A stretch of 64,000 nucleotides of DNA from Phoronis australis (taxonomy: Eukaryota; Animalia; Phoronida). Shown here piece after piece: positions 26,523-40,070 of the stretch. The notes under the pieces were generated by a model, which saw only the letters and a list, made by a program, of their open reading frames with translations, was not told the DNA's origin and searched no databases. The translations under genes and the position numbers were made by a program. The first letter of the stretch is position 1. Each line of letters begins with the position of its first letter. Where the stretch lies: assembly GCA_002633005.1 (NCBI GenBank), contig NMRA01000346.1, positions 258,579 to 322,578 of the forward strand, written 5' to 3'.

Positions 26523-28012
26523 ACAAGGTCACGAAAACTCACGAGACCTGCATGTAAATTATTTCCGCGGAACCGGCAAAAGAAATTTCTAGCGGTAGTT
26601 GGAGCACAGGCAAACACGTTTACAGCTCATTCTTCCTGAAGCGTTTTACGGGTTTGGAGTGAACTTCTGTTATTGCCCGAGGCCATGCCCGACACATGAA
26701 ATGCCTCGCCGGCGTGACATGACGATTTTGTCTCAAGTATTGACGGAGAGTTCCTTCAAAACCCACAAATCAGCGCTGATTTGACCAACGAACACAGCAA
26801 TTAGAGACAATTTTCCATAGCATTCTACATGTAAATCAAAGGTTAGTTTTGTGTCCGAAAGTAGGTTTCGCTTTAAGTGTATATTCACTGAAAATGCTTT
26901 TGTAAGAAAATCGTCAATGAATTACCACACTGGCGAAATAATTGGCTTAGGATATTCTTAAAGCATTTTACTCCATGATTCTGGTTGCTACTTTGCGGAC
27001 AGGCGATAATGACGTCAAATGAATATCCGTCGAAACTTGAACCTTATAACCTTGCGTCATCAAACTATTGCCGACAAATTGAAGACCTTAGGGGTTGCTC
27101 TCGTCGTGTGGTTCTTTCAAAAACTTTTAGTTGGTGAGCCATAGAACTCCTGTGCTTCAAAAAGAAATTCACATGATGGCTCTAGTGAAGCAATGGTCCC
27201 ATTGATCTGCATGCGTTTACTTGTTCAGCCACCACGAGCGTAAATTATCATGCGCTGTACTTGGATAAGGCCAGATTATCTCCATATGCGGCATTTTCAG
27301 ACGAACAAAACATCACAATATCTTGAAATACCGGGCATCAATTTTTTAAATTTTCTCCAAGCGACCACTTCCGGTGTTGATAACCAGGCTTCATTTCTAC
27401 TCATTTCCTTTTTCGTAAATAGTCTGTCGAACTACTTCTGTGCGGACTCCAGAAATGCCGTCGATTTCCACGATTCCGACACATGCATGAGACAGTTTCG
27501 CGACCTAGTGGCTTCATGTACACGTAAATGTTTCGAGTATTTTTAGCCATGGTATTTACCTCCCCGGTTGGAATTGACTGGGCACTGCCTGTGAAGCTTA
27601 TAATTCAGTATTGTTCAGTTTGGCTGATTTTTGAGTCCTTTCTGGTTGCAAAATGCAATTTTGATCTATTATTCCCAGCAAGCGGGATTTGAATTTCATC
27701 AAGAAATCTAGGTACATGTACCCTTTAAACACTGCGGATATGTAACCATCACATGATTTTTATAATCTGGATGAATTGTCTCTAGCTATTAATCCCAAGC
27801 GAATGGCGACCTTAGGATTTGATATATGGTTTGTTTGACTGGCCTGGCACAACTCCCCTTATTTTCATTTTTTCCCGTTTAACCGTGAGGAAAAGTAAGC
27901 GGGAACTGAGTGGATCTGATTTTCAGTTTAAAAACTCAGCAGTGAGTGTTCACTGTCACTGAAACAGGTTAGTTGTGTGCGGTTTTGGCGGATTGCGCAC
28001 TACTTCGCGTGA

Positions 28013-28174
28013 TAGTGCTGTAGAGGTAAAATTAGAGGAAAGGAGGCGCCCAAAGCCCACCGTATCACCTTGAGCACTGAATGTACATGTAACTTACGGT
28101 GCGTAGGCGCTACGTTGAAATGCCAAAAGGAGGTTAGCTGCGCCTACGTGCGTCTAGTCCCCACTAAAGCACTG
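28013..28174 (-). mobile_element. hAT-like MITE, family A copy 3 (inverted, carries a 6-bp CATGTA insertion)
   Basis: Reverse complement of copies 1 and 2. Length is 162 versus 156 bp. TSD not recognisable. Confidence 0.85.
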
Positions 28175-31100
28175 ATATCGACATTCTTGCTTTACGTCAC
28201 GGGCCCGGTACGTGACCAGGCTATCGCGTGGTATCTCTTGCGGATGAGAGACACATGCAAGTCAAGAACTGTTTTCTGTTCTCAATATAATTCCAATGTA
28301 GTTCTACAGCAACACCCATTACGTAACCGTCTGTCGTGGATAGGGGATATTTACCTATACACTATGGTATAGCCCCTCTCTTACATGTTCTGTTATGCCA
28401 CAGCCATGGCCATGTTTACTTTTTATCGCGTAAATGTTACTGAGTAAAAACATACGATTGTTGATTCTCAAAGCATAAGCTTCAACAATAACAAACTGAC
28501 GGGGTTTCGTAAGGTTTCCCCAGTCATGGTCTGTGTATTCACAGAGAGATCACGTGAAGCAGCATTTGGGTAAATTGGCGAATAATGAGCCGTTTAAAAA
28601 CCACGTAAACTGCACGAAACTGTCTTGCTATTGAACAAACCTTAACTGCTTTTTAATTCATCCATAGTTCATTTATCGACTTAAATCTGTGTTAAATTTC
28701 GCCAAATGTTTTGGGCGGCGCATAAAACCAGTTCCATTAGGGTCTGAGCATAAAATTGCGCACTTACAGACGCAAAATATTGGTTGTTTATTGACTCTAT
28801 GTTGCATTTCAAGCTTATAACACGTTTTACATTTTTTTGGACTTAAACTTTAAAATGTGTACATCCATACTGAGTCACGGAATGCCGCTGATTTGATGAC
28901 ATTGTGTTTCACTTTTTCTTAATAATAGTCACCAATTTATTAAGACACATACAATAATATAATAAAATTCAGCCCGGAAACCACAGGGAGCATTACATCC
29001 GGGCTTTAGACAATAAACACACAATAATAAACGGGAATATTAAACTGTAATCATTATACAAAAGCTTTTTCCTAGTGGGGTCTGGCGGATAACAGCCGGA
29101 GCCTCACTTCAGTGGTTGTAATTTATCCAGCTGTACGTAAGTATTCCCTCGTTAGCCTTTGCACTTTCGATTTGGACTTATAAAACATAACTTCTGGTGC
29201 GGCTTTTATTATTTACTCTCGGTCGTGTTTCAGTAAAAGCTTCGAGCTGTAAAAATAGAACTCGTTCGGAGTGACAAAAGATAACGAAGACGTATATCAG
29301 AGTGGGTTTGTGTATTCACCGTTGCCACAAGTTTACCTCAAATGAACTTTTTCGGGGAACCACCGCTGTGTTTATTCTTCGACTAGCACTGGTGTAAAAT
29401 CGCTAAACAGTGGGACGAAAATGATAACTGAACCAAAACAACGATGCAGAGAAACATTTGTTTAACCACAAAAACCCAAGCCAGTTTGAGAAAGACTTCA
29501 GAACTGGACTGAGTCAAAATCACCCACCTAAGATACATCTTGAATAGGTTTGCACTCTTAATCGTATGACCATTAACCGGTGGGATGATAATATTTATGG
29601 GATAGCAATGATGAGTTGCAGCGATAACATGTAAGTCGTTTAAACCAAAAAGCCCATTTGGTTCTGGTTTACGCGCCGACTCATTTTGAAACCTGTGCCT
29701 CACTATTTGACGCAGCTGAAAACCATGGCAATTCGGTGAAGCGTATTTGTTCAGTCTAACCAACGTCATCACGTTTCTGCCAATTGGGTACCGTAAAAAC
29801 GCTTGAAATTCCTTTAGCAGTTATACTGCTTTGGTGACCGAACTAACCCGCCTGGACAAGCATCCTAGACTTAAATGGGACCGGCCTGAAGCAATGACAA
29901 CGTCTCATTTCTTCTCACGTAAGAAGCAAAGTGAGACCCATTTACTATCAGAACGTGGTCCAGATTAAAAATTGAATTTTGACGTAGCTGTAATTGAGCG
30001 ACCGCCCGCACACCCTTGAGACAAGTTTTCGATCATTTTTCATAAGCCACACAAAGACATGCAAGCTAGAATCTTAACCTGCCATGTCAGCTACTGTCAC
30101 CTCCTCGTTGGACTCATTGACTGGCTGTACATGTAGGTATGACTAATGATTGAAATGCATGAGTGCCCCCTGCTTCGGTCCCTAATTGACACCACCGCAG
30201 GTAAAAGCGTCACTGCACCACTAAGGTACATGTATGTTTAAAATTAGAAAGACAAAATTCGACCTCTTGCGGTGATACCAGGTGGATTTTTTTGAAAACT
30301 GAACAAAATTGAAAATGCCGCATCACCGTATCAGTTGAAAACACACTGCAGATCAGAACCAACGAGTGCTTTGGGCTTATTGTAGGTTCTTATTTTTTGA
30401 AAGAAGTCTTGCCTAAGGGGTACTCTCGGTAAACGAGCAGATCTTGAACAATTTGGAATTCATACAATTCATATGAAATCTGTACCTCTCTGTTCAATGT
30501 AAGCCGGTTTACGATTTGAATATCCACTGGTTATAGCGGCACATGCCTACTATCGAGAGGCACCCTATCCACAGGTAGTTTCGTTACATATGCAGTACCC
30601 TAAAACACCTACAGAATAACTGACCACCTACTACGTAGCGACATTGGACGCCGTGCATGCAGCAATAAAAAATATGAGAGTATGACATCACAAAATGTTG
30701 ATTTATAGTTTTAAAAGGGAACAGTTTATCAAAAAATCCATCTATGCTAAAGACGAATTCAGGCAATCGCGACTCCTTCAGCATTTATACATGTACATGT
30801 AGGCTGCAATATACTAATTTTAAGTTAACCTGTGTATTACGATGTACCGTTCTATTGCCGTCGGCAAACGGCCAAACACGACTTTTTGAATTGTTACTAT
30901 GATAACAAACCTGGGTTTCAGCATCAATGTTTTCCAATGTACGCGACAAATAACATGCCAAGGGCTTGAGCAACACAGTGATTGATTGTCACCTCCCGTC
31001 ACGAACCATCTCTGTTAATACTGCTTCTAGAGGCTCTTCTGATATGTCATGAAACGACGGGACAAATGGTCGCACAGGTGTAAGCTCACAAACACCTTCA

Positions 31101-31609
31101 ACTATAGCTGTCTACTACATGTGCAGTTGTTATTTGAACGCTTAACACACTCTATCCATGCCCAGCACATCCAAGGTAAACACGGTATTATTCAGAGACA
31201 CGTGCGATATATTTTGTAAAAACTGATGGCTAAAATTACCAGTCAGCCAATCATGTGAAAGAGCTCTGATTCGGATTAAAGGTGATTGGTCAGAATCACC
31301 CAGCTATGGGACGCGATCAATGCAGTGGATTTTTTTAATTGCTTTAGATTTTCAAAGATGTAAATAAATCCGAGGCATAAGTACTGCGTGTTCCTATGGA
31401 GAAAACTGAAGAGTATGACTCGTCCATCACGAGATTAATCCTAACGTCAATAAACGCGTACATGTACTCCGGAAACTCGAGCATGTCACTCTATAGCCTG
31501 AAGCCAATCGTTCAGGGATTCAGTCATGCGTAGTCTCGTTCCGGCCTCCAACGAGTTGCCGGCTTTCTGTAAGCCGAAAACACAGCCAAGTTCTTGACTG
31601 TACTGACTT

Positions 31610-31790
31610 CCTTGTTGGGAAAGTCACGTGAGTTGACTAACCAGATACGTGCCGTCACTTTCGCATTTAAAAAGGCTGTTGAAATGTATAAAAAGCCTCT
31701 TGTTTGTTTTTTGCTTTTATTCTTTGTACAGTGAATTATTCCAAATACCCTACAAGTACTATAGTACAAGTGTGCAATATGTAAGATAAG
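31610..31790 (+). repeat. Old dispersed repeat fragment shared with ~19770-19890
   Basis: GTGCCGTCACTTTCGCATTTAAAAAGGCTG versus GTGTCGTTACTTTCGCATTTAAAAAACGCTG. Confidence 0.55.
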
Positions 31791-34636
31791 GTTTGTTTCA
31801 GTGCTGTGTGTTTACTTTGAACACCAGTACAGGGCCGCACACACTGAGGTTATGAAAGTGTTAAAGTCATAGGCGGAAATCGACATGAAAATAAAGGTAA
31901 AAAATATTGTGTAGACGGGAACAATGTTTGAACTTGTTGGTAAGGACTGCCTTCGTTGATAATTTGGTAGACGTCATTTTTATGGCCATTCAGGAGGTAG
32001 AATAGATCGGAACCATCTAGTTCCTGTCAGGAACTAATCTAAGTTCTGCAATGCATAAACGCGGCTGTAATTCTACACGGTCTTGGTATAAACTAAAATG
32101 TTGTAAATGTCGTATCGACACATTCACTGTGGTCTAATAGGCGACTGCCCATAGACGCAATTTATATTTTTGTCAATTTCACTACGTGCAGTTTCGGATT
32201 TTCTTTCTACTACATACTGTAAGTTAGTCATTCAAGTCACCGATGACAATACAACTTTATTTCTAACTGACAGAATAGTTCTTTACTTGTCTATACAAAT
32301 GCATGACATTTAGCCCTCCGGCAACGCTGTGGTCTTAAGTTAACGTCATTCTAACACTTCACTGTATTTGTACATTTTACATGTACCTGCCCTTGTTCCA
32401 AAGAGACCACGTGAGCAGGGACGACACGAGGCCCTGAACAACACAGAAGGTTATTTAGGTCGTAAAGGAATGACAATTCCATTAAAACACAGGCGATCGA
32501 TTGCACGTAATGCCAAGAACAGGGAAATGTGTTGTTTGCACTTTTGCTGTGATCCATCACACACGTACAATGATTAGAAAATGTGTGAAAACGTCCCAGG
32601 TAATCACGGTAAAATTTGCTATCTTAGCCCATCTGCCGGGAAAGTTTTTGCTCGTTTGTCATGTAATTGCCATACTTGGACTAGGAAATGCCGCTGTGAA
32701 GAACAAAAGATGCGATGTGCTTAGGTGGCACTCAACAGCTTCTCCTCATTTTGCCTCCCCAGAACTGAGAGAAAGCATTACATTTCTTTACTACAACAAA
32801 TCTACAAAAGGTTAACCATATGCATGTACTAGTAATAAATAAATCTTGCCTACCGTTTAAAAACGTGCATAAAAATGTGTTTCTTTTGCTTTTTTGCCCA
32901 CGACAAACCTAGCCAGCTGTGCTGAAAAACGAACCAAAACACACAAAATTCTCACTTCTCAAGTCAAAACCCTGAATCGCGTGCGACTTACCAGCAGACG
33001 ACGCACTGAGAATGCCAAAACACCCCAATTCTAAAATTGGATAGACAATGAGTGTCGACCAGACATTTTTGCTAACCTGAGAAGTTTGAGGGGGACGAAA
33101 GCTTGCGTTGCCGACTGCAAGTGGTAGAATGTTTATTAAGAGCCACGAGTGCAAGAAAAGCAGGTCAACGGGGCAACAAACTGCATTTTTTCAAAAAAGA
33201 GCGGGGTTGAAAAATAAACAAATGCTATTTGCAGTCATCGCACTTAGTGTGCCTAGCCAATCCAGCAGGTGCACCTTTTATGAAATTTGGGGGGTTGGAC
33301 TGTTGCTATTGAGAGCCACCTTTATTTCAAGGAGGCAATACCTCCCCTTCTGTTAAAATGACTTGTGAATTAGGTCACACTGTTACAAGAGTGGTCTCAT
33401 CTAGTTATTTACGGAGATTAGAGACGATTTTCAGACTGAAGAAGAACTTACAGATTGTCATCACTTGAGACCAAGCTCATCGAAATTGCTTGTAGCTGCG
33501 AGTTAATTTTAGAGACTGCCAAAGCAGTGAGTTGGAGGAGTTCCAGACTAGTTACTATAACCAATTCAAATTCACACAAGTATAGGTACCCGATGACGTT
33601 GCATTGGAAGAACGAATACGGCCAATGAAGAAAGTTAATGTTTTAAAACTCTGAACATGGTTTACACAGGATTTATCTGGTTACTGATATGACTTGCATC
33701 ATAATATTATTATGAGAGAGGAAAATATAAATCAAATTGAAGATGGCAGTCATTGGTAAATAATACGTGTAAATAAAAAAGTGTAAATAATACGTGTAAA
33801 TAACAATTAATAATGTGCAGCACACACTTGATTGATGAGACAGGGATGTAAAAAGCATATTAAACTATACTTGAACTTTCTCCACAGGGGGTACGAATCG
33901 ACTGACTCGACAAACGATTTACACCGATATCAGAAATAACAAATGACAACTACATGCAGTGACAGTAACTAACTATTTTTCCGGCTAGCAGGTAAACACA
34001 TAAGGCTCACTCAGCAGACAGGTGATGAAATGTCATGTGGAATCGAAATTACCGCGAGTCAACGGGAAAACTGAACGGTGTATAGTGTTTGCTCGCTGGT
34101 GTACCTCGATTGTTTTTGTGATGAGTCTTCGAGCGAGATTAATGACATAAAGGGTTATACCAGCTATGGCGTTCATATTCGAATGTGACGTTTCACACGT
34201 TATCGAACGATCCGTCGTCGAAATGACCAACTGTTACTAACTCAGTAGGATGTTACGGCAATTAACTTGATAACTGCTAAAGACGTTGACTCACGCAGAC
34301 GAATTAAACGAAGCTAACTGAATAGTCAAAGTTCTATAGCCCATGAAACACATAATAAAATCGATCCGATTAAACTGACTATAACCATTAATAATGCTTT
34401 AAGCCTGCTCTGCTTTATGTTATGAGAGTTCCCGCTACCGCGTTGTATTATAAATTAGGTTTAGTCTGACAGTACAGAAACTTGTTGCAAGGAAGGCGAC
34501 ACCGAGTGCCAGAAGGTGGCGATAATTGCAGTTTGGTGGTATATGCAACAACGCCTAAGTGCAACAACCAACAAAAGTTGTGATGGCAATCAAACATAAA
34601 TGCAATAACTATTCACTGAACTCATAAATTAATTAA

Positions 34637-35770
34637 AGGTGTATTGCGACCCCTTTCAGTTACAAAGTAACAACCCCTTCAAACCAATCTCCTTCTTAAT
34701 AGTCTTCAAATTTTTTACATTAGGTCACAACATGTGTACGTCATAGGCTTGGGAATAAATAACTCTTCGTTATTGCTCGCAGTGTTTTTTAATAAATTAG
34801 CTTGAACCGGCAAAGGGGATCATTTTATGCGCCAAGCAGGGCCTCAAGCAATAGCCAGCTGTCAGTTTTTCCCAAATCCAGAAATCCGTTGCCAAGAGTA
34901 AGAATCGATTGTAGCACAGTTAATTACCATGTGGTGGAACAGAAAATCTTTTGGCAGAAAGCAGGTTCATTGCAACCATAATCAGGTTCATTAATGTAAA
35001 ATTAAGGCGGAGATACCATATTAAAATGCACCAGTTATCACTTCTCTGCTTCGTCGTCAAGGCGCATGAGCGAAATGACGTCATCTTCCCTTTGTCCCTT
35101 CCCTAGTTGTATATAAAATGTTCACTTACTTAGAGACGTGGTTGGTTGTGGGCAGACGTTTCGACCTGGTCCGCCAGGTCTTCGTCGATGAATGAGGGAT
35201 TTCCCGCCTTACGCTCGTTAAGAATGCTGGAGTACACGGGGTAGGCGGAGTGATCGACAAAGACCTGGCGAACCAGGTCGAAACGTCTGCCAACAAGCAG
35301 CAACGTCTCTAAGTAAGTGAACATTTTATATACAATGCCTCTAGAGACCAATGACGAACCTATTCTCCCTTCCCTAGTTGTCAGAAAATAAACGAAAGAA
35401 CCATGTAAAACATTTGCGGAGTCACAGTGACTTCCCCGTCTTGCGGAAGGGCTATCTAGTAGCAAGAGTTTCACTCGAAACTAAAGAGTAACTTCTGGTG
35501 TGTCAAGAAATGTGTAGTCTTTTCCCCAAAGCCGCAGAGTGAGTCGTTTGTTTGCATTTTGATGGATAAAAGACACTTATGCATTAGCAGCGTTGCCATG
35601 TCAAAATAGTTTCATACTTATTTCACAATTTGTCTCTGTAAGAAAAGCAGCTAGACATTCAGTTTGAATAAAACAATCTTCCTGATACGTACGATTAGCT
35701 ATAGTTTGCAAGATCACTCAAATTGTATCAATTGTTAATTAAATGAACAATTTCTTGTGCATTACACCCC
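34637..35770. mobile_element. Probable Kolobok-like non-autonomous element hosting a nested insertion
   Basis: Left end TTAA|AGGTGTATTGC and right end GCATTACACCCC|TTTT form a short imperfect TIR. Right TSD degraded. Confidence 0.45.
35107..35365. mobile_element. Penelope-like inverted-terminus insertion with a hammerhead-like motif in each arm
   Basis: Inverted arms ~35107-35190 and ~35251-35335, each with GACCTGG-N4-CCAGGTC-GAAACGTC. Flanking 16-bp direct repeat TCCCTTCCCTAGTTGT at 35095-35110 and 35366-35381. Confidence 0.65.
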
Positions 35771-36244
35771 TTTTGCTTTTTCTGCCATCTGCCAGCAAAA
35801 AAAATGTGCCTGAATAACAAATTGTTTTGTGGAAGGTGAACCCCACAGACTGCAGGGAAGAAAATCACTGACGTAATGGGAGGTGACGTTTACCTCAGAT
35901 TCAACAGGCCCCCTTTTCCCATACGGTAAAATATTGCCCTTTTTCTAAAAAAGTGTAACGTGACGATGCCAATCATAAACAGACGTCATACTTGTAGCGT
36001 CAATGCGCGAAAATAACGCTTGTCGGAGTTGCCAACGATATAATTTGTTCGGTAGAATTCAGTTGCGTAAACAGTTTCATCCAAAATTTTCATTTTTTTC
36101 CTACCAAACATAAAAAGGTTGTACCTCGCAGAATACCTTTACAGTCGGAATTTAACAAATCAGCAGTTAACGATCACACAGTTAAAGAAAATTTTGTAAT
36201 TCAATGGAAAAAATGCTCCACTATTGGACAGAGAGTCAGTGGAC

Positions 36245-36560
36245 TGGAACTGTGTATCCATTTGTTGCATCTTGTCATATTTGCCGTTTTGCGTGACGCC
36301 CCATCTGGTAGCCAATAGGCCAATACTCGTCTGGTTTCGTATACCCACCTGGTCCCATGAGGCACTATGCATTTTTCTGTACCCATTTGATACTCTATAC
36401 TTCAGTGTAGCAATTTGGCAGTGTGTACCCATCTGGTCGATGCAGTACTGTGTACTCATCTAACTGGTAACCAACGTATGCGGTATTGACGTACCATGTG
36501 AAACTTTAGCGTTTATATTTTGTGATACCCCGTATCCATCTGCTACGCACCACCACCTAT
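36245..36560 (+). repeat. Degenerate minisatellite, ~35-45-bp period, core GTACCCATCTGGT
   Basis: Core variants near 36254, 36296, 36341, 36379, 36425, 36452 and 36532. Confidence 0.7.
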
Positions 36561-39500
36561 TGTAATTGACCTATAGTCAGGATTTTGAGTGACGGCTTAA
36601 CTGACCAATCAGAATGCAGCATTCTTGACACACCTTCGTTTCCAAGTCGTCATTTTACCCGAGGAACAACACGTTACCGGGTAAAACTTATTGTTTGTTT
36701 GTCGACTTTCCGCAAGGGAGCGGAGCTTGCGATAGGTCAACTGAGCCGTGACCCAGATATTGCCAACACACCACCTTACTATAAATGTCCATATATAATA
36801 CATGTGTTCTTTCGTTTGCCCCAATTAATTAAATTGTAGTTGATGAATTGAAAGCTTACTCTTATAAACTTGAAAAACACTCGTTTAGTTACACAAATTT
36901 TTTCTCAGAGAGAACTCCAACAGTGATGAGAATTTTCTATAAATCATAGTTCGATTTTTTACGTGTATGTGCTTTATTTATGCAAGATACTGCGAGGCCA
37001 ATTACCCTCGTTTCCCCAGCTGTTAAACCACGTGACCTTCAGGTACTGGCTTTTACCCGGTAAGTAATTTTAGGGTTCGGACATCAGGTCCAATAACACG
37101 ATAGTCTGGTAATAGTTACGCCACAAAAATTGCATATCTTAGGTGTTATATTTAGCACATTACCGGGTTTTACATGCGGATTTGGTCATTTAGAAATTGA
37201 GTCTGGTATAATCATGCCATCGGCAACCCGATATCATTCGATTTTTTCAGACTCAGCGAGAGATTTGAATCCGTTAATTTGATAAAGGCTGGAATTATTG
37301 AAACATTATAAGCTTTTCAAAAAACAAAGATGTCAAGCTACTTCTGGAAACATGTGGAGGAATTTTAACCACACAGCAGTCTAGGAAAGCTCGACATTTC
37401 TGGAATTGTTCAACACTACTTGCACTGCAATCCACCTAGCTCTCGATTTCGTTCTCAAATACTCGTTCTGGAGGGGTACTCCTCTATGTGCTTTGGCTCT
37501 TACATTAAAAAAGAAAGCATTTAGTTTTTCACACCTGCTTGATCAATATCTAGAACTCTGGACATGGAATGCTAAATTCGACCTCGCGCGAGTGAAGTTG
37601 TGCCGCGCAATCGCGCATGCGTGGGACTTCTTTGCATCCGATTGTTCCTGCGTTGTTTCTTACATAGTGCTTAGGACGGAGTGTTTGTTTACCACAGACG
37701 AAGCAAGTTTTGAACCATTGTCTCTAAAAACTTCTTCCGAATAAATTTTATCTATGTTTTGCAATATTATGCGGTCTAATGAGTCAGGCATTGTCAAAGG
37801 AAGGGACATCTGATTGACTCAGCGCTCCGGGATGCCAGCTGTGGGTACTACCGCTGTCTCGCTGGTAGACGAGTTACACTTATTTTGAAAGTTTATACAT
37901 TTTCCTTAAAATATATCCACATCTGGAAAATGACATTACTCATAAAAAGAGACAGTGTTCTTTTGAACGTCTGTTTTGTGGCAAAAACCCATGAAGCGCC
38001 CCAAGTTTTTTTCTTCTTAGTAGAACCGGAAATATTGCTGTGTCAAGTGGGCATGAAAAGAGCACTAAACCCAGTTTTAATTGCACTTAGAAATAATGTT
38101 AGAAGAAGGGAACTTGTGGGAAAATAACACAAGTTTGAAAACACCTTAAGAAGTCTTCTAAATTGGTAAATGTCCGTTTGCTCATTTGTTGACGGGTGTG
38201 GAGAAAGATGTCCACGTCGAGTCACAGGGCCAAATAAAACAATGAGGAAACGCATCATTATCGTAATCCAAAGCTAAAACGTTAATAGATCTCCGAGCAT
38301 GTGACACGTTTTTATTGTCAAAGCGTACTTGCAATCATTTGTGGGCGGCCACAGGTCACACCCAATTGTATGTCCGACATTACAGTAAACATACTTCCCT
38401 TGATACCTCGTAAGCACAACAGAAACAATGAAATCGTATTTTGGCTAATACATGTATTTATCACATTTCTTTCGGAACAAACGACAATAACATTTTTTTT
38501 TCACGGAGAATTCAATTAGGGGAGCCAATATGATAGAAAAAACACCCGTTGTAATACACGATTGCTTGATTTATTTCAGTCAGTGTTTTATTGCCTTGGA
38601 GTCATGGCCAACGTTCCACACGAAAGGACAAGACCAAAGTTTCTGATGCCGACGGGTTGTGTTTACCACGTTAGTTACTAATGACAATTTCTTAAAGACA
38701 TTATGGTGGAATGTGTTTTGAACAGCTAAAAGCTGAATGAAATATAATTGTTCCTGTGATGTCAAACCAGTCTGAAATAGTGGTGGAAACAACTGGTCAA
38801 ACCGTGACGTGAATACGTAAAATGGGAGGCCTAGCTGAGGAAATAGAAAATATTTTGCAACTCTGAAAGGACATACCGGGTCTTCGTCGCCAGTTTAAAG
38901 GGACAACAGTCCGAAAAATGCTGACTGGGGGCCTTTCGCACTTCAAAAACATGCAGTTGCTCTTTCTATTATCTTATAAGATAAAAATCATTTAAAACTG
39001 CTATTTAGTAAATTATCTTTAGTCAGAACTAGGGACCTGGTTACTATGTCCGAAGCACATATAAATAAAGACAGAGACTGGGCATTCTAGTATTAGTGGA
39101 CGTCAAGCAACGTGTCTCGTGAGGCGCAATTTTTCTGTTGCATCTCACTGTCAACAACACGCGTGGTTGTAGGCAAATAAGGATCTTTGATTATATTAAA
39201 CGTTTTGCTACATCGCGTTAAACGCGCATATTAAACATTGCTGACTTCGACGTTGGCCGATTTTGTTCCTTACAACCCACTTTCAACGAAACCTAGTTCA
39301 AATAATTCAGATAATTCACTGAATACTGGGGCTCGTTCCACATACAATTGTTCGTTACCAGCTATTCTAATGACCCGGTGACCGCAGCCATAGCGAGTAA
39401 TAGTAGTGAAAGTAGAAATAGTGGTAATGGTAGTAATACATGTAGCAGTTGTAGTAATGCAATAGTAATAAGAATGATAATGGGTAGCCAAACTTATGCC

Positions 39501-39699
39501 GTGTCAGTCCTGAGGGTATTCCTGTAGAAGAGTTATACTGGAACATAAATGTGCGAAATGTGATTTTTACGCAAAATTAGTCTCCACATTTTTTGTACAA
39601 GCCCGCTCTGTAAACGACAGGTATTAAAATTTCCGGGCGGCACCCCATGTCCAAAATACTCGAGTATTCCCGACCGTGTCAGATACTATTTGTTCGTGA

Positions 39700-40070
39700 T
39701 TTTGGTCATTTACTTCGTGATATAACGTCGGTTTCGTAAAATGTAACAATGATACATTTCTCCCACGTGCATTCGACATAAAATGTAACATCTAGGAGAG
39801 GCTAACAGAGTAAAATGTAACAATGACGTAAATTGTAACAGTTGTTACATTTGTTACATATTACTCGGTAAATAAAACAACAAGAATGGATCAACTGAAT
39901 TTTGAAATTTTCGGATGTAACAACTTCCTTTAACAACAAAAACAGAAATAAAGTAAAATCAAACACAAAATGACAATTGACATATAAGATATGGTGTAAT
40001 GAAAATGATACATTTTTGCGTAAAAAATTCAATGACATATTACGAAATTGTTATATTTTACGGCGTATGA
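39700..40070. repeat. Decayed repeat element built from AAATGTAAC / GTTACATTT subrepeats
   Basis: AAATGTAAC-like units at 39738, 39781, 39812 and 39830, followed by reverse units at 39844-39860 and ~40029. Confidence 0.55.

Noticed and set aside
36245-36560. Regularly spaced short repeats superficially like a CRISPR array
   Set aside because: Repeats are short and degenerate, spacing varies, there are no cas genes and the context is eukaryotic; a minisatellite.
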